The notes under the pieces: model-generated
Seen by the model: the letters and a program-made list of their open reading frames with translations, nothing else
The model's database searches: none
Told to the model about the DNA's origin: nothing
Assembly: GCA_030141605.1 (NCBI GenBank)
Contig: JAQGDQ010000149.1
Coordinates: forward strand, 359,789-423,788
DNA length: 64,000 bases
Source of the DNA: Tubiluchus corallicola
Taxonomy: Eukaryota > Animalia > Priapulida
Direction: 5' to 3'
Program-made: the position numbers and the translations under genes
In this document: piece by piece, positions 49,834 to 61,200 of the stretch
How the letters are laid out: each line of letters begins with the position of its first letter
How positions within the stretch are numbered: position 1 is the stretch's first letter

Positions 49834-52800
49834 GACGAATGTTGCTAAGGCACCGTGGCAACAGGGAGACAGAGTGTGATGAAAAATTTGCTTCCTAGGT
49901 GGCCATTACCTAAATACAACACTTTAGTTAGTATAGTCTAGGAAAATATGTATATAAATATTTGAATAAGATGCATAAAAAACTTGTATAAGAACACACT
50001 ATACTGTAAACTAGAAAAATCTGCAGTTGAAATATAGTGAGCACAGATGGTTAAATGGTAGGAACTGGTTATTTTGAGCATCTGTCTGCAAAATCCAGGA
50101 CTATATTTTCATTATATTTTGCAAAAATCCAGAAGGATGTTCGCAACACCAACTTACTAGAATCCACAGAATATAGCACCAATCATAATAACAAAAAATG
50201 GAAAAGTACATATGGATTTTACCATGAATGTTTTAAATTAAGTAGGTTGTATTTATGTGTTTTAAATAGAACTTTTTTCCTGATTAAGTACATATTAATC
50301 TTTTAGTGGAAAAATACAATCACTATTAACATAAAAAAGTTCAATACTTTACATTCTCTTTATCAAGTTAAACGTTGTATTAAAACAAAGTCACTGTATG
50401 CGGTATGCAGTGATTTGTTAAAAGGAAAATCGTAATTCACATCTAAATCATCTTCCCAGTTTTCGCAAACTGCTTTTAAAGAGTGTTTTTACTTAGACTT
50501 AGCAATGATGTATCAGTTTCTTGTGTTCATTTGAATAGCTGATTACAAACTGCAATTACTGTCAGTCACTGTTAAAAAACACTTTGCTGTTAGTAGAGAT
50601 GAGGGGAAAATCAGTTTAATGTGAATGTTCAATTCTGATTTAGAATTCAAATAAGATATCCTATTCCACACCTCAGAAAATCAATAAAGAAATGCTACAC
50701 TTCATCCAACTACAATTCATATATAATTCCTATCAGACTACTTGTACTTCTGTATTGTTCTTCATGGAAAATTGGTATTCTTCCAAGTTTTTAACTGATT
50801 GTCTTTCATATATTTTATGTCAACAACTGACAATTTAGTGCACCATAAACACTATCTTACTACAAACTGCAAATACAAAAACACTGCTTGGAAAAAATGA
50901 AGAGATCTACAACGTGCAGGCAAAATTTGGTAAACGAAGTATTTTAAATATCAAAGGGCAAGATTGGATATACATGTCAAAAAACTATGTTAAAGAATAT
51001 TGCTCATTTGATAATATCCTGCAACCCAATTATGGATAGTTTCCTTAATGTGTCATTTGATTTGCTAAATGGCTAGAATGATCAAAACTTTCCATTTCTA
51101 AAAATGCAAGACCCTGATAATAAAAACTTACAAAGTAGTAAAGCATCTCACAAGTTTTATAGAGTAATTCCCATTTTTTACTGACAAAACATTGTTTTTT
51201 GATAGATGAATATGCACATACTACTAGCGTACACTTACAAGTCACTACATGCCAAACTTTGCGTGTCTACAACTTTACAAGAACCAAAAACACTTGCGCT
51301 GACCATTATTTGCTGCATACCAAATAACATAGTGCTTCATTTTATTACCAATGCGATAATAAAAGCAGCAATTAAGCCAGAAAGGAAAAGCTAATTTGTT
51401 TTTCACTTCAACCCATAACTGCCTATGGTCATATCAACTCATCATAATAAACAATTAACATATCATGAAACAACTGTTTCTACTTCTTTTTCAAACAAAT
51501 GATTTCAGTTAAAAATGATATTTTTGTTCACAGATTCTACAAGGTTTGGTTCAAGAAAAAAGCAAATAGCAGTTATTTGGTTTCAGTTTGCACAACTAGC
51601 TGTTTTGGCTTATTTCTGAATGACAGATTAGGTTACTTAGGTGCATATGCTGTGAGTAGCAAAAACCATGGCACTAATACACTATGCACAACATTAATGC
51701 ATCATAGCTTCCACTATTTTTAGGCTACAGTTTAGATGTGTATACAATCAGCAGTGCATAAACGATACTGCACAAAAATGCTCTTTCCACTGTCAGTTAG
51801 TAGTCACAAAAATCCAAAAACACCTTCCACAAATGATTACAAATCACAGTTACGATAGACATACTGCATCTCTGGTACATTACTGTAAACTTTTGTTACA
51901 TTCAATGAAACTGGAAATTTACATAACTTAACATGTTAGTCTACCAAAAGTATAAATATGCGTACTATGCACAAGCCACAGTACCCGAGCTACTGTAGTC
52001 ACAGAACAATATCATACCTCAAATATTAACATTAACGATTAAGAAGCATAACTACCAGCAGCAGGAAAATTTAAAACTCATGCGTACTGACACACCGATA
52101 GCGAAAAACAGTCTTAATACCCTTACAATTCTATACAATTGAGTACGACTAAGCATTACCCTGAAATTGCTCGTTCATGAGGAAATTTCAGAATAATAAC
52201 TGCCCAACATGGTCAACTTACAATAAATGAAATCACAAAGTGTAATATGGTTTAATTTATTATCAGAGATTGTAAATAATAAGGTGATAACTATAACTTG
52301 GCACCACTTGCACCAAGAAAACCTAAATTAATCTAAGTAATACATACAGAATAATCTAGTTAACAAAATTGAAAAATTCCCGCAAACAACTAAAATTTAA
52401 CAACATGGCTGGTAAATGTGATGTTCTTTTGTCAGTTTCTTCTTCTTTTTTCCTTGGTTTACTACGTACAGTCAAGTGAACCACTGGACCGACAGGCTTG
52501 AATTAAAGGCCCACTGACACACTTCGGACGTTTTTTTAGTACCAGTTGCGTTTACCAGACATCCGGATGCGTTATGCGGATGAGGAACAGATAAAATTGG
52601 TTTACATGATTTTCAATGCGCCCTTTCGTCAGGCCTGCGTTATGTGTTATTTTTCAGCTATTACTTCCTATTGTTTTTTTTATACACAGCTATTTTATAG
52701 GTGGATAATGCGTAACGCATTGAGGATGCCAGGTCAAAAATGCCACTTTATGTGTTATTGCGTTTTGAGACCTGAGCTTGACGAAAAATCACTGTAACGA

Positions 52801-52859
52801 TTTTTCCCAAGGCCTTGTAGAAAAAAAGATTATGTGGCACTTGTTAGACTTGAGCAAAA

Positions 52860-53150
52860 TGCATGAGTGTTCACTTGACTGGCAGAATGCTGTTTAATGC
52901 GGAGAAGTGTGGATGTATCCATTTTGGTCTTAATAATGTGTATAATGATTACTTTATGAGAAACATGAGATTGGAGGGTACTACTGAAGTTAAAGATTTG
53001 GGAGTGTTAACAAAATTAGTCGATAAAGTCGAACAGTTAATATGTGGAAGTAGACAGGAAGGCTAACAGAGCGTTGGGCATGATAAAAAGACTTTTTATT
53101 AACAGAGACAAAGATGTAATTGTGAAACTGTACAAAAGTTTTGTTAGACG
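52860..53150 (+). mobile_element. CR1-like LINE RT C-terminal fragment
   Basis: Peptides MLFNAEKC..IHFG.NN, KDLGV and KANRALGMIKR.F.NRDK.VIVKLYKSFVR. Confidence 0.8.
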
Positions 53151-54496
53151 GTACTGTGTCACTCTGAAATATTGCTACAATATTTAGATTTGCATCAGTA
53201 GTGTGATAGTTGTATTATTGAAAACTCCAAAAAAATAGATGTACCCTCATCTATGGAGTTAGTGTGCGGCCGATGTGGTCTGATCTATTGCACACCCATA
53301 CATATAACAATAACAAAAATGAACCTGCTAACGAACACTTAATTGCTTGCATAGCTTTTTATCCTTGAAGACATGAAAACATTTAATCATTGTTCAAATT
53401 GCAACCTTAGAATTAAATGCTTTGAAATCCCGTGAAAGCACATTCCTAGTAAAATCTCCCGTAAACAAGCGTTTCATTTTTTGCTTCTTTTTTCGTTGAA
53501 GCACTTGACAAAAAAGTCGTCTGGTTAGATAGAGGAGTTCATAAGCCTCCCAACTAAGTAAAATACGACAAAATGAATTTCATTGCCATGGTCACTTGTA
53601 AAAATAAAAGGGAGCTGATTACATTGTACACTGGCGGTTAGTAGATTGTAGGTGAGAGTTATTGGTTGTTTTAACTTCAGCTTATTTAATATTAACTATC
53701 ATTGTCCACCAGTGGTTGGTGTTTACACGTTGTATAACAAGAACGCTACCTTCAAAACCATAATAAATGTTCTCGCCCAAGAGTGTAAATTGGGCGCCAA
53801 CTCTTAGGTGTGCTCTATCACCGGACATCATGGTGTGAGCTTAGTGGCTTGATGTGGATCCTACATGGCCTACTTGCAACAGTGTTGATGTACTGCTGAT
53901 TTTGTGCCCCCAGTGAAATAATAGGGCTAATCTAAATTCTAAACCAATGCAGAAGGAGTAGGCATAGAAGAATCTTAATACCAGAACAGACAAAAAGGAC
54001 ATTAGAGATAAAGCTTATTATGCTACCACTGAAATGTAATAATTATTGTAAAAGCAAGTTCAAAGAAAATCTAGGGTGCCGCTATGTGGTAAAGAAGAAG
54101 ATACATCAGAGCATCTTTTCAAATGAAAAATGTGTTACTAACCATAGAAATAAATCTTCAAAATCTGATTGAGCCAAAAGATTTGTTCTCTTTAGCAAGT
54201 TGGTAAGATGCGGCAAAGATGTAAGTTTGATTTCTTCATACTTCATAATATTATTATACATTTTCATTATAGCAGTTAATTATCCTTTTGACATTGAGTT
54301 AGCAGAAAATGTTTTTATTTGCTTCAGATAAAATGAAGTCGATTCGCACATAATATGTCAGTCAGTCAGTCAAATATGTCATCATGTGATAGTGATTTTG
54401 TGATGAGATGATGATTGCCCATTTTGGACAATAAAAAATCATAAATTACATCTAAAAGACTGTTGGACTTGTATTTAGCACATGACACGCACATTA

Positions 54497-54829
54497 ATTA
54501 ATTTTCTGTTGTTGACTGCTGAATTCTAAATTCACATTTACAGTCTCCAGATATCACTGACAAAAGAATTAAACTATGCTACTCTCTCAGCAGCATTTGG
54601 ATTAAATATAAAATGTTAATATCAATTATCCAGTTTACCCTAGTTCCCTTGTTTATAAATGCATATTTACGCTCTTCTTATTGGCCATATTGTATTTGCA
54701 ATCTTGCCAGTATAAAAAACAGTATTGGTATCAGAACTATTATTTTTTCCAGAATAGTAAATTTCTGGTATAGACATTTCCAGAATGTCTAAAATTTTGA
54801 CTCATCACAGTGTGCAAATTTACAAATGA
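54497..54829. repeat. Copy 2 of the ~335-bp direct duplication
   Basis: Matches 48182-48522 but lacks the short tandem insertion (TTTACTCAT) seen in copy 1. Confidence 0.93.
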
Positions 54830-54889
54830 CCAATATAACCAATATAATAATAGTTATAAGTGGACTATGAGCATTAAAGTTTATCTCGT

Positions 54890-55065
54890 TACTTATTATG
54901 TCTCGCACCGTGACATTGATCATCATCATACGACCGTCACGTCTATTGTAGACATTGGACATTCGTTGTTGCCCATCTAACCAGACAGAGTGGACAACAT
55001 TGCCGTTTGTAGTGCGCTAATTCGCGTGTATTTCAAACTGGAAGATGGCGACCGATAATTATGTA
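54890..55065. promoter_or_regulatory. Probable shared promoter and non-coding first exons of PPP4R3 (-) and the UBXN1-like gene (+)
   Basis: Local CpG enrichment, a YY1-type AAGATGGCG at ~55042 on +, and a minus-strand donor-like AA|GTAACG at ~54892. Both genes have splice acceptors upstream of their ATGs (~49910 on -, 56746 on +), so both need upstream non-coding exons. Confidence 0.45.
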
Positions 55066-55909
55066 TTACTACTAGTGCTATAGTAGTAGATTCGTAGTTC
55101 GTACCATTGTAGAATCACTAGCGTGGTGTATATTTATAATAATAGTTTTTTATATACTCATTATATATTTTTAAGCGGATAATCAAACTTGCTAATTTAT
55201 TTCTGTGGCAGTTTGGATTCGTGTCCCTGGCATCATTAAATTTAAATAAAACTTTTAGTTTTAGTTTTAAAGTTCAATTTCCCTTGTGTACTCCCCGTAA
55301 TTAATATAACATACCGTAAAACGATGTGAACAGCGACAATTTTACATTCGGACTGCCATGATTTTTTTGTTAGTTTTATTCAAAATTGTGTTCGGTACGG
55401 TAGTTCTATGGATGGCCACATATCTTATTCTTAATTCATATTAACTACGGATTTGAGGGTGTGTAGGGACAGCCTTATTTTTAGTTCTTGTATCCATCTT
55501 GCGTTGCATGAGGTGAAAAAGGGCACAACTGAGAATGTGTTAAAAAGAACGTGTTTTAAAATCAGTTACTTTGATATCTAGGATAAATTTACAAAGCTCG
55601 GTTAGATAGTACTGTTTTTAGATAGCGCACACTTTTACATACAATCAAACATCAAAATTTGTCAATATCTCCAATTGACCTCATAGCTTAGAACTAAACC
55701 CAACATTTATGGGTGAGCTGTAGCTCTCATAATTTGATCATTATACTATGTTGTTCTTGTATTGTGCTCCAGCAGGAAGTCGTTTAGACATGCATGCATC
55801 ATCTGCTATGCTGATTCACCCCATTGTTTATATCAAACTGAGTCTAAAATTGCTCAAAAGTGGACAGAAAATAGAGACAGTCAAAACTGAAAAAAGTCAT
55901 CAGATATTA

Positions 55910-56152
55910 CAGTATACTGTTAAGCAGGGTATTACTGAAGATAAATCACTCTACACTGCAGCTTTACAATGATATAGAGTCCTTGGTATATAGCACATGC
56001 ATCGGGTTGGTTTATATAAAATTATAATGAACTGTACATTGCTTATTATTGTAATGCAATAGGAGCTGTAACAACTTTCTTAGGGTTTGTCCCTATTCTC
56101 TCCCCTGTCACGATTCACCCAGTTTCATGGTACCCTGCTTAACAGTATACTG
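55910..56152. mobile_element. Tc1/mariner-type MITE
   Basis: Perfect 22-bp TIRs CAGTATACTGTTAAGCAGGGTA with TA on both flanks. Confidence 0.85.
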
Positions 56153-56848
56153 TATTCTACCATACTGCCTTTATAATAAAGTACAAATGTAGGTGAAATA
56201 TTTTATTATTAAATATTAGTTAAATAGCTAATCTACTAATCTTTGTACTACACTCAGGCCATAGATAATTGTCATTGTTGAGTGTATTTACAAAGAAGTC
56301 CTTTAAAGTGAGGTCAACATGGACTATGAGCTATCTCCACTATACAGTATAGGTTCTTCAATCAAGCATACAGATTTAATATCAAACTAACATATTTTGT
56401 GTATAATAAATAATAAAAAAAACGAGACCACCTTTGGTGCTTTAGGTTTGGACTACATCCTAAGCAAACTTATTAAGTTTATTATTAACACTTAGATGTG
56501 GTTTGACGTTAATGCACATACATAATTGACATAATAGGTTTACGTCCCTGCTTTATTTTTTGACAATGACAAGTGATATGCTGTGACTTATGATTTAACA
56601 AATTTAAAACTATGAAGTGCAATAACTAAACATAGTCAAGCTACAAATGTAAATTACAAATCTCCAATTTTTCATTGTGTAATAGTACGGTGGTATGTTA
56701 TTGCACTGTAAGTTTTAATTTATTTACTTATTTTTGTTTACTTTAGAATATTTCTGCCTGAATCATAAGTGACATTAAATGGATCTATGCTACATGGATT
56801 GAATGTGCACTCTGATTCGACATTACTTGTGAGGATCTCAGACTCAAA

Positions 56849-56901
56849 ATGCCTTCAAATCTGGATGTACTTCTAGAAATGGGTTTTCCGCAGAACAGAG
56901 C
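56849..56901 (+). CDS. UBXN1: First coding exon of a UBA-domain protein, most likely UBX domain-containing protein 1 (remainder beyond window)
   Basis: MPSNLDVLLEMGFPQNRA followed by a phase-2 donor GC|GTATGT. An N-terminal UBA L.EMGFP..RA motif is typical of UBXN1/SAKS1. Only 18 codons are visible. Confidence 0.7.
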
Positions 56902-57676
56902 GTATGTTTTAATTCTGTTTCCTTACACACATGCATGCATATCCTATGTGCTATTCTACTTACTCATCATTCTGATCATGTATATTTTTCTAAATACACC
57001 AATATACAAAAATTTGTACAATTACTTATAAAGTTTGAAACACATGAAGATGTGTGACTATAAAATACCACAGTCTGTTAATTCGGGTGCTAAAATGTTA
57101 CGTTATTTCAAAGTTGCTAGGGTGCTTTAGTAGCAAACTTTTAGTGCAGAAAATCTGTGTATTTTTTCTACATTACTTTTTTTTGGATTAGCCTTTTTGT
57201 CATTCATAGCATAGTAAGAGAAAAAACTAATTTTGCCTGTTAATTTAGTTGGGGGGAAACACAGAAATTCTTGAGCATTAAAGCAAGCTCATGACAGCAA
57301 GAAGGGCAAGTGTGTAAGAAGGCCAGTTCTAAATTGACAGAAAAAGATCAAACGAATATGTGTATACATTATATATATATATATTTTAACGAATCCAGGT
57401 CCGTCTCAGGATGTAGAGAATGGTATACAAGCTGTGAAATGCTGTAGCAGACGAGAAAAGTTAAAAGATCCGAAGTACGAGTGTAAAATAAACTTAGTGC
57501 ATAACTAGTAGCTCCGAAAGAATGACAGATGAACAGACTTTTGTATAAAAATTAGCAAGCCAACAGCATTCACCTTTACAGACAGAAAGGCCAGGTTGGA
57601 ATAGTCAAATTACGGCATACATTCTGTTTTATACAGGTACATTTAGATTACTGGGCTTCTCAACCGTAACCATTAC

Positions 57677-58197
57677 TGATGTGGATGCGCCCAGTCCAGG
57701 CAATAAAACGGCAAAAATCAATGTTGAACTGTGCGATAGACCTGCAATTTATTAAAATACAGGATTACAAAAGGTGCTTTGGAATGTGCAAAAGCTTATT
57801 ACCATTTAGACAAAAAGTTTTAAGAAGTTTTAAGAAGATTGAAACAAATTATTACTTTATGACTCTATGAAGCAATTTTAACCGATTTAAACGTTTAACT
57901 AATTATAAAGGTAGATGTGACTTACATTTACTGGTGACTTGGCTTGAAAATGCAACTAGTTAATAGACAAAAACAATGAAAGTATCACAAAACGGAATGA
58001 ACAGTATAGCGGCAACAGAAAGTGTGACTACGTATAGAAACAAGTTTAATTGATAGGTGGCGTGTACTACTAAAAGCGTAAGTCACATGACTAAGGCTAG
58101 CTTCCTTTTTAAACAGTTTTGCATTTGCATATTTGTAAATTTGTAAAAAGAAAACAAATAATGATAAAATTTTTGATTGAATTGCTTGACACCAACA
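57677..58197 (-). repeat. 3' LTR (521 bp, TG...CA)
   Basis: On the minus strand it starts TGTTGG directly after the PPT and ends ACATCA exactly where identity with the copy at 63736 stops. Confidence 0.9.
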
Positions 58198-58212
58198 TCT
58201 GGCTCCCCCAAA
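58198..58212 (-). other. Polypurine tract
   Basis: Minus strand TTTGGGGGAGCCAGA lies between the pol stop codon and the TG of the 3' LTR. Confidence 0.75.
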
Positions 58213-58220
58213 ATGTCTTC

Positions 58221-61200
58221 TTAAGAATTTTGACAAGTGGCTCCCTCAACGGGAATTGAACCTTCATCATTCTCCACAAGTAGAACTAGTTTGGAGATCG
58301 GTCTGTCAAGTTCTGTATCCTGTGTTTTGACTCTCACGCTCCGGACTTGATCCTGACAGTCTGGATAGGTCCTAATAACGCGACATAATTTCCAAACGTT
58401 TCTAGGTTGATTGTCATCCATGATGAGGCAAATGTCACCGATCTTCAGTGAGCGCTTGTGATGAAGCCATTTGGATCTCGACTGCAGGCTTTGCAAATAT
58501 TCTCTCTTCCATCGAGTCCAGAATTGCTCCATCAGATACTGGGCTCTTCTCCATTGCTTGCGACAGTACAGGTCCGGTCGCTGGAAGTTTCCTGGTGGAG
58601 GAAGAACCACTCTTGTTTTCCCAGTCAAAATAGAATTGGGGGATAAAGCAAAAGTTCCTGGTCGCTCAGTGCTTCAACTGTAATTGGTCGACTATTCACG
58701 ACTGCCTCTACTTCTATCAACAGTGTCCTAAGAGATTCATCTGTGAGAAGTGCAGAATTCTCTTGTAGCAAGGCTTCAAGAATGCGTCTCGAGGCCCCAA
58801 TCAAACGTTCCCATGCGTCTCCATGGTGACTGGCTGATGGCACATTGAATTTCCAATCTGCTCCATACTGCAACAGATAATTGCGAATTTTTTCGTTGTC
58901 CATCTCTTTGAAGCATTCCTTTGTCTCAGTTATGGTTCCCACAAAGTTGGTACCGCAATCACTTCGCATTTGCCTAATTGGACCCCTTCTGGCAAGGAAA
59001 CGACGTAGTGCCATAATGAAGGAATTTGTGTCTAGTGATGCAGCTAACTCTAAATGGACAGCTCTGCTTACCAAGCAGGTAAAAATGATGCCGTAGCGTT
59101 TTAGAGTCTTACGGCCTTCTCGAACAAAAAACGGTCCAAACGCATCCATGGCACAATATGTAAATGGCGGTGATGGCGTGAGACGATCGACTGGCAGGAC
59201 CGACATCTTTTGCTCTTCATGTGGGCGGCGTAACTTACGGCAAGTAATGCAGTTTCTGATGACGTTGCGTACATTTGAATTGAGATTGATTATCCATAAT
59301 CCTGCAGTTCGAATCTTGTACCACGAAGAACAGCGTGATTCTAAAGTGTCAATAAGCCTGGTAGAGTCATGTGATGCAGCGTCAATTGTCCTGACTGATT
59401 TCAATTCGGGATCTGTCTCCGCAATGCTAAATGACTGCATGCTAGTGTTCTTCCAAAATTCATCTTCGGCATAAAGCATTTTTGGTCCACGAAACCAAAT
59501 ATTGTTGTTGATAAACTGTTCTACTTGCTGACCTCGCGAAGCCACGTCACTCGGGTTTGATTTAGTATCAATATAGTGCCAATGCGACGGGTTCGATTTG
59601 TCTAGAATCTGCTGCACTCTGTTGGCGACGAAAATCTTAAACCTCCTTGTTTGGTTTGCTATATAGCTCAACACTACTTTGGAATCGCTCCAATAATAAT
59701 GCTGCACATTTTCATAGTCCAGCTCGTGGTCCAACATACTGGCAGTGTTCACTGATAATACTGCAGCGGTGAGTTCGAGTCTAGGCATGGTCACATGCTT
59801 GACAGGTGTGACACGAGCTTTACCTTGAATTAAGGTACAGTGTATCTGGTTGGTGCTATCAACAAGCCTTAGGTATGAACATGTACCATATCCGACCTCA
59901 CTTGCATCAGAAAAGTGATGTATCTGGATGTCCTGTATTTCACCAAAATCATCTGGGTGAAAACAGCGAGGAATTCGTAACTGCTCTATTAAAGGCAAGC
60001 TTCGTCTCCAGATTTCCCAGCGTTGTCTAACATTTTCTGGCACTGACTCATCCCAACCAAGACGATCACGCGTGAGTTCTTGCAGTATAATCTTTCCTAT
60101 CAACAAGGCAGGTGAAATAAGACCCATTACGTCATAAATGCTGTGGATCGTTGAAAGTATGCCTCGTCGAGTCAAGGGTGTGTCATTCAGCCGTATGCGG
60201 AAACCAAAGGCGTCGTTTTCTATATACCATGACACGCCTAGGGCATACTCTATCTGTTCCTTGTAAGCGTTGATCGTTTTGCTTTCCCGGTTCGCACGAT
60301 CTTCAATCGGAATGGCGGCTATGATCTCTGATTTGTTAGCAACAAACTGTGTTAATCTAAAATTTCCTTTCTGACAGAGATCCTTTAACTGTGTCGCTAT
60401 AGCAATATGGCTATAGCTATAGCTATGGCATCATGAGTTGTAGAAGCAAATTTACAACAGTCGTCCACATAGAAATTAAACAAAATTGTTTGAGTCACAT
60501 CGAGTGGGAAGGCAGTGACATTGTCTTTAGCTGTCTGCTGTAATGCGAAATTGGCACATCCTCCTGATGATACTGCCCCAAACAAGTGGACTAGCATTCG
60601 GTAGTCACGCGGCGGATTTTTTGGGTCACCCTGGTCCCACCATAAAAATCTTACGTAGTCTGCTTGGTGGCGTGGAATTGCAACCCTGTAGTACATCGAT
60701 TGTATGTCGGCCATGAAAGCTGCTGGTCCTTGTCTAAAACGGCACAAGACTCCCAATAATGAGTTGGTTAAATTTGGCGCTTGCAAAAGTTCGTTGTTCA
60801 AGGAAGTTCCCATGAACACGGTGCTGCAGTTAAACACAACTCTGATTTTCTTCTTGCGCTTATGGTAAACTGGGTGGTGGGGTATGTACCACACTTTTCC
60901 TGCATCTGGGTACGGCTCTGAGGGTGGCACCTTTTCGGCATATCCGTTTTCTAGCATCTTATTCATGAACGCAGTATATTCGTTTCTCAGCTCTTCAGCC
61001 TGAAACCTTTTGGCTAAACTACGCATGCGCTGTTCGGCTTGTACCCTGTTATTTGGCATAACTGGATTATCCTTCTTGAATGGCAACGGCACAACATATT
61101 TTCCATTCTTGTAACAAGTCTGCGCAGTAACCTTGCTCATGAAAAGCTTTTCCTCTTGAGAATCACCATAACCATTAGCGTCAGTTGCATTCTGAACGGC

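Noticed and set aside
57679-57870. Duplicate 63-66 aa ORFs (MWMRPVQAIKRQ...) at 57679 and 63729
   Set aside because: They are antisense reading frames of the two LTR copies with no recognisable protein features.
57311-58197. A longer 3' LTR extending left to TGTAAGAAGG (~57313), with the 5' LTR truncated by deletion
   Set aside because: Identity between the copies ends exactly at a CA that mirrors the TGTTG start (TGTTG...CATCA), and the adjacent 13 nt behave like a PBS, so 521 bp is the simpler boundary. The TSD beyond the window would confirm it.
60397-60400. Programmed frameshift or readthrough between the two long retroelement ORFs
   Set aside because: The break lies inside RT and is fully explained by a 20-nt insertion; BEL/Pao elements normally have one continuous ORF.
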